A stretch of DNA of 64,000 nucleotides from Candidatus Sericytochromatia bacterium (GTDB lineage: Bacteria > Cyanobacteriota > Sericytochromatia > S15B-MN24 > JAQBPE01): the NCBI GenBank assembly GCA_035285125.1, contig JAYKHR010000074.1, forward strand, positions 1 through 64,000, read 5' to 3'. The position numbers and the translations under genes were made by a program. Below the pieces are notes generated by a model that was not told where the DNA came from, made no database searches, and saw only the letters and a program-made list of their open reading frames with translations. Of the stretch, positions 1 through 9,282 are shown one piece after another (positions within the stretch are counted from its first letter, which is position 1; each line of letters starts with the position of its first letter).

Positions 1-226
1 GGGCCGTCACCGTCGCGACATCGGCGGCTCCCCACGGCGTGAAGGCCCTGAGCTGGTAGCCCCCGGCTGGGCGGACCACGGGCTGCACCCGCAGGGGGAT
101 GGCGGCGCCGGGGGCCACCGGGGGCGGGGGCGCCGCCATCGGGGGGGAGGCGCAGCCGGCCGCGAGCAGCAGCAGGCCCGTCCAGGTGCGGGGGGAGCAA
201 GCCAGGCGTACACCGGCAGCGATCAT
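1..226 (-). CDS. Putative lipoprotein, N-terminal part only (runs off window start)
   Basis: ATG at 226, frame open to base 1: MIAAGVRLACSPRTWTGLLLLAAGC-ASPP..., lipobox-like LAAGC followed by a Pro-rich linker; not in the ORF track. Confidence 0.6.
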   Translation of the reverse strand, partial: MIAAGVRLACSPRTWTGLLLLAAGCASPPMAAPPPPVAPGAAIPLRVQPVVRPAGGYQLRAFTPWGAADVATVTA

Positions 227-242
227 GGGCGCAAGGTCCTGT

Positions 243-1517
243 TCAAGTGGGGGGGAGCCGGGGCGTGAGCGTCGGGGGGCCCGGGGACTCGGTGCCCGTG
301 TTCACGTCGATGGTGCCCGTCGCACCCACCTCCGGCTCAGGTGTTGGCGTGGCGGTGCTCCGACGGCGGCTGGGGGCCTGGCTCGCGGGGGTGGTGGGGC
401 CGGGGGTGGCGTCCGGGTCGGGGGCCGCGGGGCTTGGCGAAGGCTCCGCCACCAGGTTCGCGTTCTCCACGGTGCCGGACACCACCGTGCCGTCGGCGTC
501 GGTGTAGGTGAACTCCCCCGACGTGGCGATCTCCACCCCGCCGAGCGGGAAGTCCTCGCCGGAGATGGCGTCGAGGCCGGTCTTCCGCTCCTGCTCGTCG
601 TCCTTCGACGTGAACGTCTCCAGCACCGCTTTGACCTCGCCGAGGAGCTCATCCAGCAACCCAGTCTGCGCGATCACGGCCTGGAAGGCCGCGTTGCTCG
701 GCAGCTCGCCCTGCGCGTTCACGCCGGAGGCCAGCTGGCGCGCCAGCTCAGGCGCCTGCGTGAAGGCCTGCTCGAGCGCCTTCACGGCCCGGTTCACCCG
801 CGTCAGCAGGCCCTTCAGGCCCTCCTGCGTGCTCGGCTCCTTCAGCTGAAACTGCAGCTTGAAGGCGCCCTCAAAGGCCTTCGCCGCAGCCGTCGTCGCC
901 GCCGTCAGCTTGACCCTGACCGTCAGCGAGACCGTCGTCTGCTGCACCCGGTACAGGTCCGCCGGCGCCTCCCCCACCACGTTACCCGCCCCGTCAAAGA
1001 GGCTCACCAGCGTCAGCCCGTCCTTCACCGCCACCAGCTTCACGAACTGCGTGTCAGAGGTCGTCGGCAGCATGTAGTCGAAACGCCCCGATGCGGAGCT
1101 CAGGTTCCCGGCGGAGGCCTGCTGCAGGTGCTGGCGCCCCGCCCGCAACGCAGGGGCACCAGGGTTGCCGGTCAGGTTCTGGCCTCCGGCACCTATCAGG
1201 TTCTGGCCTCCGGCAGCGATCAGGTTCTGGCCCCCGGCGGCAATCAGGTTCTGGCCCCCGGCGGCAATCAGGTTCTGGCCTCCGGCCGCGATGAGGGGAA
1301 GCTCCCGGCCCGTGGCCAGATCGAAGGCCCGCATCGTGGCCCCCGCCAGCGGTTGCCCGTTGAGCTCCACCACACCCCGCAGCCGCTTTTCGCTCGCCGC
1401 CGGGGCAACGGCCGTGGCCGGAATCGGGTTCACGCCCGCAAAGGGCTCCGCGCAGCTGAGCAGCAGGCCCGCCACAGCGAGGGCCAACCCCGCACCCGTT
1501 CGCCGCGAGTTCCGCAC
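243..1517 (-). CDS. Lipoprotein with LIAAGGQN tandem repeats and Pro/Thr-rich C-terminus
   Basis: GTG at 1517 after AAGGAGG; signal peptide ending LLLSC; five 8-aa repeats. Confidence 0.75.
   Translation of the reverse strand: MRNSRRTGAGLALAVAGLLLSCAEPFAGVNPIPATAVAPAASEKRLRGVVELNGQPLAGATMRAFDLATGRELPLIAAGGQNLIAAGGQNLIAAGGQNLIAAGGQNLIGAGGQNLTGNPGAPALRAGRQHLQQASAGNLSSASGRFDYMLPTTSDTQFVKLVAVKDGLTLVSLFDGAGNVVGEAPADLYRVQQTTVSLTVRVKLTAATTAAAKAFEGAFKLQFQLKEPSTQEGLKGLLTRVNRAVKALEQAFTQAPELARQLASGVNAQGELPSNAAFQAVIAQTGLLDELLGEVKAVLETFTSKDDEQERKTGLDAISGEDFPLGGVEIATSGEFTYTDADGTVVSGTVENANLVAEPSPSPAAPDPDATPGPTTPASQAPSRRRSTATPTPEPEVGATGTIDVNTGTESPGPPTLTPRLPPT
1173..1295. repeat. Five tandem 24-bp coding repeats (caggttctggcc(t/c)ccggc...at) encoding LI(A/G)AGGQN
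   Basis: Units start at 1173, 1197, 1221, 1245, 1269; variation mostly at synonymous sites. Confidence 0.95.
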
Positions 1518-1613
1518 GCATCCTCCTTCTTGGGCCCACAAGCAGCTGGACACCCTCCAGCAAAGCGATTTTCAGGCGCGCTCCCAGTGCTTGTACCCGG
1601 CTCTATCAAGACC

Positions 1614-1621
1614 TTATCGGC
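1614..1621 (-). promoter_or_regulatory. Sigma28-like -10 element GCCGATAA upstream of the repeat lipoprotein
   Basis: Exact match to FliA/SigD -10 consensus; no clear TAAA -35. Confidence 0.35.
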
Positions 1622-1866
1622 TTTCCAAACCCCGCGCCTCCGTGCTGAACCCCCATCCGCCGCTGGCAGCCCCGGCCTCCCGCAGGCGGCCTGGCGTGAG
1701 GCGCTCCGCACGCGTGGCGCTTGCCCAGCCGAGCCATCGCTCCCGCTCCCTCCGCGGGAGCAGGGGCGCGTTCGCGTGTCAGCCCCCGGGAACCCCCGGC
1801 CTCAACCAGCCCCCGTAACGACATCCGAATGAGCCCGGCCAGCATCGCTGGCCCTGAACGCCGCCC

Positions 1867-3051
1867 TCACGCGTCCAGAAACGCCGCGAACACCTCGTTG
1901 GCCAGCGGCACCCCGGCCGCCGACAGCCGCAACCGCTCGCCATCCCACTCGACCAGGCCGCGTTCGCGCAGGCCCGCCAGCACCGCCGCGTAGCGGTCCA
2001 CGATCCCGAGCCCGAACCGCGCCCGGAAGCGCGCGTCCCCCACGCCCTCGCGCAGCAGCCGAAGCCCCATGAACATGGTCTCCTCTTGCTCGGCCTGCAG
2101 GGTCTGCGGCTCAGCGGGGGGGAGCGTGGGGCCATCCTTCAGGTAGGCCGGGATCGTCGCCGGGTTGGCCCAGCGCCTGCGATCCAGGTATGAGTGGGCC
2201 CCGGAGCCGAGGCCGAGCCAGGGCTCGTTGCACCAGTAGATCTCGTTGTGGCGCGAGGTCGCGCCCGCCCGGGCCCAGTTCGAGACCTCATAGGCCGTGT
2301 AACCGGCTGCCGACAGCACCTCGTCCGTGATCGCGGCCATCTCCCGCTCGTCCTCCTCTCGAGGCAGGGCCAGCTTGCCGGCCCGCGACTGCGCCTCGAA
2401 GGGCGTGTGGGGCTCGATGATGAGGCTGTACGCCGAGAGGTGCGGGAGATCGAGCGCCACGGCTTGCCGCAGGGTGTCCCGCCACAGGGCCGGCGTCTGC
2501 CCGGGCAGGCCGTACATGAGGTCGATGCTGATGCGCTCGAAGCCTGCCGCGCGCACGGCCGTGACTGCATCGAGGGCGTCCTGCGGCGAGTGGATCCGGC
2601 CGAGCCCCGTCAGCAGGGTCGGGTCAAAGCTCTGCACGCCCAGCGACACCCGGTTGATGCCCATCGCCCGGTAGGCCCGCCAGGCCGCCACGGCCGAGGC
2701 GTCCGTCAATCGCTCATTGCCGGGGTTCGCCTCCATCGTGACCTCGGCCCCCGGCTCCACGACGAAGTGGTCGAAAACCTGCGCCATCACCCGCGCCATC
2801 CAGGCGCCCGGCATGTACGAGGGCGTGCCACCGCCAAGGAAGATCGAGCGGACGCGCAGCCTGGGGGCCGCTGCGATCTCGCGGCCGAGGGCCTCGAGGT
2901 AAGCCGCCATCTGGTCGTCTTGCCCCGCGTACGACGGGAAATCGCAGTAAAGGCACTTCCGCGCGCAGAAGGGGAAGTGCAGGTACAACCCCACGGCGGG
3001 AAACAGGGCGCGGTGGTCCGGGAGCGTTCCCAGGCCAGGAAGGGGCGTCAT
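1867..3051 (-). CDS. hemW: Radical SAM heme chaperone HemW (HemN-like)
   Basis: YLHFPFC-ARKC-LYCDF (CxxxCxxC), GGGTPS, YEVSNWAR, HNEIYW. Confidence 0.9.
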   Translation of the reverse strand: MTPLPGLGTLPDHRALFPAVGLYLHFPFCARKCLYCDFPSYAGQDDQMAAYLEALGREIAAAPRLRVRSIFLGGGTPSYMPGAWMARVMAQVFDHFVVEPGAEVTMEANPGNERLTDASAVAAWRAYRAMGINRVSLGVQSFDPTLLTGLGRIHSPQDALDAVTAVRAAGFERISIDLMYGLPGQTPALWRDTLRQAVALDLPHLSAYSLIIEPHTPFEAQSRAGKLALPREEDEREMAAITDEVLSAAGYTAYEVSNWARAGATSRHNEIYWCNEPWLGLGSGAHSYLDRRRWANPATIPAYLKDGPTLPPAEPQTLQAEQEETMFMGLRLLREGVGDARFRARFGLGIVDRYAAVLAGLRERGLVEWDGERLRLSAAGVPLANEVFAAFLDA

Positions 3052-3076
3052 CGCAGCGTCTCCCGGGCCGGGCCCA

Positions 3077-4027
3077 TCAGCTGCCGGCCTTGCCGCGGCA
3101 GGGCGTCAGCGTCACCTCCGGCGCGAACCGCAGGACATCCGCGTAGTGGGCCAGCTCCGTGCCGTGGGCCGCCACACAGGCGGTGCCGGCCGCCACGGCC
3201 CAGCGCAGGCTCTCCTCGAGCCCCGCGCCCTGCGTGAAGCGGTGCAGGAACCCCGCCACCATCGAGTCGCCGGCGCCGACGGTCGACCGGACCTCGACCT
3301 TGGGGGGGACGGCCAGCCAGCGCTCGCGACGCGTCGCGGCGATGACCTCGGCCGGCCCGTTGCTGAGGATCACGAGCTCCACCCGACCGCCATCCAGGAT
3401 CTCGTCGAGGGCCCCGTGAACGGCCTCCGGCGTCGGCAGCGCGTGCCCGACCATCCGCTGCAGCTCGTGCAGGTTGGGCTTGATCATGAAGGGCCTGGCC
3501 TCCAGCCCGAGCCGCAGCGCCTCGCCATCGGCGTCCAGCACCACGCGGTCTTGCCGCAGCGTGGCCTCCTCGGCGAGCTCCCGGTACACGCCCTTGTCCA
3601 GGCCCGGCGGGATCGAGCCCGAGAACACGATCCAGCCGTAGTCCTTCGTCCGGCCCGCGATCTTGCGCTTCAGGCGATGCAACTCATCGACCCGGATGGT
3701 GGGGCCGGGCATCGAGATCTTGGTCTGCAGGCGTTGCCCCGCCTGCTGGATGATGAGGTTCTCGCGCGTCTCGCCCACCGTCCAGTTGAAGTCGCAGACG
3801 AGGCCCTCGTCCACGAGGAACTTCTCCACCTTGCGGCCGGTGTCACCCCCTAGGAACCCGAACAGCAGAGAGGCCTGCCCGAGCTCCCACAGCACCCGCG
3901 ACACGTTGAGCCCCTTGCCGCCCGGATCGAGCCTGTAGCCCTGGGCCCGGTTGGTGTCATCGAGGCCGAGCGCGTCGACGTAGATGGTCTTGTCGAGCGA
4001 GGGGTTGAGCGTGACGGTCGCGAGCAT
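3077..4027 (-). CDS. 1-phosphofructokinase-family hexose kinase (PfkB)
   Basis: TVTLNPSLD, GGKGLNVSRVL, IKPNLHEL, STVGAGDS. Confidence 0.9.
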   Translation of the reverse strand: MLATVTLNPSLDKTIYVDALGLDDTNRAQGYRLDPGGKGLNVSRVLWELGQASLLFGFLGGDTGRKVEKFLVDEGLVCDFNWTVGETRENLIIQQAGQRLQTKISMPGPTIRVDELHRLKRKIAGRTKDYGWIVFSGSIPPGLDKGVYRELAEEATLRQDRVVLDADGEALRLGLEARPFMIKPNLHELQRMVGHALPTPEAVHGALDEILDGGRVELVILSNGPAEVIAATRRERWLAVPPKVEVRSTVGAGDSMVAGFLHRFTQGAGLEESLRWAVAAGTACVAAHGTELAHYADVLRFAPEVTLTPCRGKAGS

Positions 4028-4054
4028 GGGGCCTCCCCGAGACGGGCGGCCGGG

Positions 4055-5011
4055 CTAGCGCGAGGAGGCCGTGAACGCCTCGGCGAGGGGCACCGGACCG
4101 ACCCGGGGCACCAGGGCCTCGACGTCGACAGCACGGCAGGCCGCAGCCCCCTCGACGGCGGCGTTGGCGGAGCCGGCCGCGACTCCCCAACGCGCGGCCT
4201 GAGCCAGGCCTGCGCCGCGCTCCCATTGTGCCAGGAAGGCCGCCAGAAACGCATCCCCCGACCCCACGGGGTTCAAGACGGGCACCTCCGGGGCAGCGAC
4301 CCACCAGGCCTCGCCGTCCGCCGCGACGGCAGCCCCGGCCTGCCCCATCGAGAGCGCCACCACGCGCGGGCCCGCAGCACGCAGGCGTTCGACGGCCTGG
4401 GGCAGCCCTTCCAGCGTGACCGGGCCGCCGAGGAGGGCCGCGGCCTCCTGCTCGTTGGGCTTGACCAGGTCCGGTGCCAGCGCCAGCAGTTCCGGCAACT
4501 CCGGCCCGCTCGAGTCCAGCGAGACCCGCTTGCCGTGGTCCCGGGCCAGGCGGATCAGCCGCGCGTACGCCTCGGCCGGCAGGCCCGGGGGCAGGCTGCC
4601 GGAGAGCACCACCCAGGAGGCCCGCGGCAGCAGGCGCTCGAACAGCGAGAGGAAGCGGGGCAGCTCAGCCTCACCGACATGCGGGCCGGGCTCGTTGATT
4701 TCTGTCGGAGGCTGGCCACCTGGGTGAATCAGCGCCACGCACGTCCGGCTGTCGCCGGCCGCCAGGGAGTGGAACTCGTGGGCCACCCCCTCCGTCTCGA
4801 GGAGGCTGAGGATGGCCTTCCCGGTGGGACCTGCGACCATCCCCGTGGCCAGGGCCTCGGCCCCGAGCTCCCGCAGGACGCGCGCCACGTTGATGCCCTT
4901 GCCGCCCGCGAGCGTGACATGGGCCGTCGGGCGATGCAGCCGGCCGGGCTCCAGCGCCGGCAGGCACCAGGTCTTGTCGACGGCCGCGTTGAGGGTGACG
5001 GTCAGGAACAT
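4055..5011 (-). CDS. Second 1-phosphofructokinase/tagatose-6-phosphate kinase family protein (PfkB)
   Basis: MFLTVTLNAAVD start at 5011, GGKGINVARVL, VKPNEQE, NPVGSGDA. Confidence 0.9.
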   Translation of the reverse strand: MFLTVTLNAAVDKTWCLPALEPGRLHRPTAHVTLAGGKGINVARVLRELGAEALATGMVAGPTGKAILSLLETEGVAHEFHSLAAGDSRTCVALIHPGGQPPTEINEPGPHVGEAELPRFLSLFERLLPRASWVVLSGSLPPGLPAEAYARLIRLARDHGKRVSLDSSGPELPELLALAPDLVKPNEQEAAALLGGPVTLEGLPQAVERLRAAGPRVVALSMGQAGAAVAADGEAWWVAAPEVPVLNPVGSGDAFLAAFLAQWERGAGLAQAARWGVAAGSANAAVEGAAACRAVDVEALVPRVGPVPLAEAFTASSR

Positions 5012-5051
5012 GGGCGGTCTGGCCTTCCGGGGAGGGGCGCGCCCGACTCCG

Positions 5052-5555
5052 TCAGTACTCGATGTGGAACCGGGGAGACTCGAGCTTGGCGCGGGCCGCG
5101 CCCTGGCTCTCGAGGGCACCGAGCAGCATCGGCACCGCGTAGGCCAGCAAGAAGGCCACGGTCATCTGCGGCTCCTTGGTCGTGATGGGCCGGATGAGCT
5201 TGAGCGTGCCCGCCGTGATGCCCCCGGCCGCCACGCCGAGCCCGAGGTAGAGCAGGAAGCTGTCCATCTTGCCGAGGTACAGGTAGCCGCCCCCAGCCAC
5301 GGGGATGCCGGCCAGGAAGGCCATCTCGGGAGAGACGGGGGGCAACACCTCGATGTCCTTCTTGGGGACCTTCCGCTTGCCCTCCGGCGTCTCGACCACG
5401 AGCGTGGTCTCGTCCTCCTTCACGACCTTGCCCCGCACCTGGGTGCCGTCCCGCTTGAACACGGTCTCGGCCTGGACGGCCGGCGGCAACGCAAACACCG
5501 ACGCTGCGACCGCGAGCGACACGAGGCAGGCTGGGCTCCAGAACGAAGTGGGCAT
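5052..5555 (-). CDS. Hypothetical exported/membrane protein
   Basis: Signal peptide (AVQA-E), small beta-rich domain, C-terminal hydrophobic helices. Confidence 0.65.
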   Translation of the reverse strand: MPTSFWSPACLVSLAVAASVFALPPAVQAETVFKRDGTQVRGKVVKEDETTLVVETPEGKRKVPKKDIEVLPPVSPEMAFLAGIPVAGGGYLYLGKMDSFLLYLGLGVAAGGITAGTLKLIRPITTKEPQMTVAFLLAYAVPMLLGALESQGAARAKLESPRFHIEY

Positions 5556-5762
5556 GGGGACGGCGCGTCGCCTCCGGGGCTCGGTCAGGGCCGTTATGTC
5601 GCGACCAAGGGCACGATGCCCGGGCCGTCAGGTTCATAACGCGCCCCAGTGTAAGCGAAGCCAGCCCCTTGCGCCCGCGATCGCCGTCACTGCGGCGCGA
5701 GGGAGCCGGCCCCAAAAATGAAAGGCCCCCCCTGGGCGCCCCGAGAGGTTCTATCGGTCGTG

Positions 5763-6218
5763 ATGCGTTCTGTCAAAACCCTGGCCCTGGTGCTGTCGGC
5801 CCTGGCGGCCACGGGCTGCACCTTCCACGTGAACACCATCAGCCACGCGGGCCTGGGCGACCTCCAGTTCGCCCCGCTGGGCCCGGACCAGTACGAGATC
5901 CTCAGCGAGGTCAAAGGCTCCGGCAAGGCGACCTACTTCCTGTGGTTCGAGGTCAACAACCAGATCCAGTACAGCGGCGAGATCGTGGGCCACGCCTCCT
6001 CGTGGTGGCTCAACTCTGCCTACCGCAAGGCCCACTACGCGGCCATCAAGAGCGTGCCGGGGGCAGACATGCTCATCGCCCCCCGCTACGAGGTCGAGAC
6101 CTGGGGAGCCCCCGCCTTGCTCAACACAACCACCGTGACGGTCTACGCGAAGGCCATTCGGCTGCGCTCAGGGGGGGCTTCGGCCCCGGCCTCCCAGCCC
6201 GGAGCGCCTTCGCCCTGA
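5763..6218 (+). CDS. Hypothetical lipoprotein
   Basis: MRSVKTLALVLSALAATGC lipobox; coding-like codon usage. Confidence 0.65.
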   Translation: MRSVKTLALVLSALAATGCTFHVNTISHAGLGDLQFAPLGPDQYEILSEVKGSGKATYFLWFEVNNQIQYSGEIVGHASSWWLNSAYRKAHYAAIKSVPGADMLIAPRYEVETWGAPALLNTTTVTVYAKAIRLRSGGASAPASQPGAPSP

Positions 6219-6257
6219 GGCCCACGGCGGGCCGCCGGCAGGCAAGGGCCCGCCGGC

Positions 6258-6266
6258 TGGTATAAT
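6258..6266 (+). promoter_or_regulatory. Extended -10 promoter (TGGTATAAT) of the acyl-CoA operon
   Basis: TGn-TATAAT shortly upstream of GGAGG and ATG 6293. Confidence 0.6.
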
Positions 6267-6292
6267 GGCGGCCCCGCACCCGGAGGTACGCC

Positions 6293-7123
6293 ATGGCCAC
6301 GCGCGTGAGCCTCGCCCGTCAGGGCGACGTCGTCTTCATGCTCCTCGACAGCCCCACGGGGCTGAACGTGCTGAGCACGGACACCCTGCGGGAGCTCCGC
6401 GACCATCTCGCCACGCTCGCCGACGAGCCCTCGCTTCGCGGCGCGGTGCTGGTAGGGTCAGGCCATCGGGCTTTCTCGGCGGGGGCCGATCTCAACGAGG
6501 TTGCGACGCTCACGCCTGACACCGCCAATGCCTTCAGCGCGCTCGGCCAGGACGTCGCCGATGCCATCGCCACCCTGCGCGTCCCGGTGATCGCGGCACT
6601 GAACGGTCCTGCCTACGGGGGCGGGGTCGAGCTGGCGCTCGCGTGTGACGTGCGCGTGGCCGCTGCCCACAGCCACCTGCAGTACCAGGCCGCCCGCCTC
6701 GGGCTGTTGCCCGGCTGGGGCGGCACGCAGCGCCTCCCCTGGCTGGTGGGGCCCGCCCGCGCCCGGCGCATGATGCTCGAAGGCGAGCGCGCGGACGCCG
6801 AGAAGGCGCTGGCCTGGGGCCTGGTGGACGACGTGGCGCCCGGCGCCAGCCTGCCGGCCGTCCTGGCGGAGCGGCTGGCCCGCTGGCGGGAGACGGACCC
6901 TGGCGCGCTCGCCCAGACCAAGCGGGCCCTGAACGCCGCGTGGCGCGGCGACATGGCCTCCGAACGTGCAGCCTTCGCCGCCTGCTTCGAGAGCGGCACC
7001 ACACAGGCGCGCATCCGCGCCTGGCTCGAAGCCCCCCGCGCGGCTGTGCCAGCCGCCATCCCCCAGCCGGGCTCGTCCCACAACGAGCCCCGACGCACCC
7101 TCGGCGTGGCCGAGGGCGCCTGA
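6293..7123 (+). CDS. Enoyl-CoA hydratase/isomerase family protein
   Basis: AFSAGADL, PVIAALNGPAYGGGVELALACD, GLLPGWGGTQRL. Confidence 0.9.
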   Translation: MATRVSLARQGDVVFMLLDSPTGLNVLSTDTLRELRDHLATLADEPSLRGAVLVGSGHRAFSAGADLNEVATLTPDTANAFSALGQDVADAIATLRVPVIAALNGPAYGGGVELALACDVRVAAAHSHLQYQAARLGLLPGWGGTQRLPWLVGPARARRMMLEGERADAEKALAWGLVDDVAPGASLPAVLAERLARWRETDPGALAQTKRALNAAWRGDMASERAAFAACFESGTTQARIRAWLEAPRAAVPAAIPQPGSSHNEPRRTLGVAEGA

Positions 7124-7141
7124 GAACAGCAGGAGCATCCA

Positions 7142-8329
7142 ATGGGCAGAACCGTCATCGTCAGCGCCGTCCGCACCCCCTTCGGCAAGCTTTCGGGGGG
7201 CCTTGCCCCCTTGTCGGCGATCGAGCTCGGGGCGCGCGTGATCCGCGAGGCCGTCTCGCGAGCAGGGCTCGAGCCCGGCGACGTGGAAAACGTCCTGATG
7301 GGCACGGTGCTGCAGGCCGGCCTCGGGCAGATCCCGGCCCGGCAGGCCGCCATCCAGGCAGGGCTGCCGGTGACCACCTCCGCGCTGACCATCAACAAGG
7401 TGTGCGCATCGGGCCTGCGGGCCGTCACGATGGCCGACACCTTCCAGCGGGCTGGCGAGGGCACTGTCTTCGTTGCGGGCGGCATGGAGTCGATGTCCAA
7501 CGCGCCCTACATGCTCAAAAAGGCCCGCACGGGCTACCGCATGGGCCACGGCGAGTTGCTCGACACCATGATTGCCGATGGCCTGTGGTGCGCCTTCCAC
7601 AACTGCCATATGGGCGTCCACGGCTCGACGGTGGCCTGCGAGCACGGCATCGACCGCGAGGCGCAGGACAGCTGGGCGGCCCGCTCCCACCGGCTGGCAG
7701 GCGAGGCCTGGGAGGCCGGCCGCTTCTCCGAGGAGGTCCTCGCCGTCGAGGTCCCGGCGGGCAAGGGAGAGGTCGTGCGAGTCGAGCGTGACGAGTCGAT
7801 CCGGCCGGACACCACGGCCGAAAAGCTGGCAAAGCTGAAGCCCGCCTTCGGCGCCGACGGCACCATCACGGCCGGCAACGCCCCCGGCGTGAACGACGGG
7901 GCTGGCGCCCTGGTCGTCATGAGCGAGGAGGAGGCCGCGCGCCGGGGCCTGAAGCCGCTGGCCGCGATCGTTGCCCACGGCATGGTCGGCCAGGAGGCTC
8001 CCTACCTCCACACGGTCCCGGCGCTGGCCATCCAGAAGGCCCTCGCCAAGGCCGGCCTGAGCGTCGACGCCCTGGACCGCATCGAAATCAACGAGGCCTT
8101 CGCGGCCGTGGCCCTCACCAGCACCAAGCTGCTCGGGGCAGACCCCGACCGGGTCAACGTCAACGGCGGCGCCGTGGCGATGGGGCACCCCATCGGGGCG
8201 TCGGGCGCACGCCTGGTCGCGACGCTGGCGCACGAACTGGCCCGCAGCGGCAAGCGCTACGGCGCTGCGGCGATCTGCTCGGGCGCCGCGCAGGGCGACG
8301 CCATCATCCTCGAGAACCTTCGCATCTAG
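7142..8329 (+). CDS. Acetyl-CoA C-acetyltransferase (thiolase)
   Basis: [29 protein letters not shown]. Confidence 0.95.
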   Translation: MGRTVIVSAVRTPFGKLSGGLAPLSAIELGARVIREAVSRAGLEPGDVENVLMGTVLQAGLGQIPARQAAIQAGLPVTTSALTINKVCASGLRAVTMADTFQRAGEGTVFVAGGMESMSNAPYMLKKARTGYRMGHGELLDTMIADGLWCAFHNCHMGVHGSTVACEHGIDREAQDSWAARSHRLAGEAWEAGRFSEEVLAVEVPAGKGEVVRVERDESIRPDTTAEKLAKLKPAFGADGTITAGNAPGVNDGAGALVVMSEEEAARRGLKPLAAIVAHGMVGQEAPYLHTVPALAIQKALAKAGLSVDALDRIEINEAFAAVALTSTKLLGADPDRVNVNGGAVAMGHPIGASGARLVATLAHELARSGKRYGAAAICSGAAQGDAIILENLRI

Positions 8330-8340
8330 GAGCGACGAAC

Positions 8341-9225
8341 ATGACGACAAACATCGACCACGTGGGCGTGGTGGGCGCGGGCCAGATGGGCTCGGGCATC
8401 GCGCAGGTGCTCGCGGCGGCGGGCGTCAAGGTGACGGTCTACGACGCGGCCACGGGCCAGCTCGAGAAGGCCGCCAAGGGCATCGCCGGCAGCCTGGCGA
8501 AGTTCGTGGAGAAGGGCAAGCTGGCGGCGGAGGACCGTGACGCTGCAATCGCCCGGCTGGCCTACAGCAACGACCTCGCCTCGCTGTGCGGCTGCGACAT
8601 GGTGATCGAGGCCATCGTGGAGCAGCTCGACGTCAAGCTGGAGCTGTTCCGCCGCCTGTCCGATTTGGTTCGTCCTGACGCCATTCTGGCCTCCAACACC
8701 AGCTCGCTGCCCATCACCCAGCTGGCGGCGGCCGTGGCGAACCCCGAGCGCTTCATCGGGATGCACTTCATGAACCCGGTGCCGCTGATGCAGCTCGTCG
8801 AAGTGATCCGCGGCCTGAAAACCGCTGACGAGGTGCACGGGGCCGTGATGGCGCTGGCACGCCGGCTGGGCAAGACGCCGGTGACGGTGAATGACGCCGC
8901 AGGCTTCGTGAGCAACCGCATCCTGCTGCCGATGATCAACGAGGCCTTCTTCGCGCTGCAAGAGGGCGTGGCCTCCGCCGAGGACATCGACACCGTGATG
9001 AAGCTGGGGATGAACCACCCGATGGGGCCACTCACGCTCGCTGACTTCATCGGGCTCGACACCTGCCTCTCCATCATGGAGGTGCTGCACGCGGAGCTCG
9101 GCGACGACAAGTACCGCCCGTGCCCCCTCCTGCGCAAATACGTGCGGGCCGGGGCCTTCGGCCGGAAGAGCGGCGAGGGCGTGTTCAGCTACGCGCCAGC
9201 GCCTGCAGCCGCTGCGGCGCGCTAG
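8341..9225 (+). CDS. hbd: 3-hydroxybutyryl-CoA dehydrogenase
   Basis: [35 protein letters not shown]. Confidence 0.93.
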   Translation: MTTNIDHVGVVGAGQMGSGIAQVLAAAGVKVTVYDAATGQLEKAAKGIAGSLAKFVEKGKLAAEDRDAAIARLAYSNDLASLCGCDMVIEAIVEQLDVKLELFRRLSDLVRPDAILASNTSSLPITQLAAAVANPERFIGMHFMNPVPLMQLVEVIRGLKTADEVHGAVMALARRLGKTPVTVNDAAGFVSNRILLPMINEAFFALQEGVASAEDIDTVMKLGMNHPMGPLTLADFIGLDTCLSIMEVLHAELGDDKYRPCPLLRKYVRAGAFGRKSGEGVFSYAPAPAAAAAR

Positions 9226-9239
9226 GTAAGCCAATCAAA

Positions 9240-9269
9240 GCGGCCCCCGTCCTGACGGACGGGGGCCGC
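9240..9269. terminator. Perfect 13-bp GC hairpin between convergent genes
   Basis: gcggcccccgtcc-tgac-ggacgggggccgc. Confidence 0.7.
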
Positions 9270-9282
9270 AAGCACGAGGGGC

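Noticed and set aside
1173..1295. 24-bp repeats as a CRISPR array
   Set aside because: Head-to-tail with no spacers, in frame within a CDS, and no cas genes nearby
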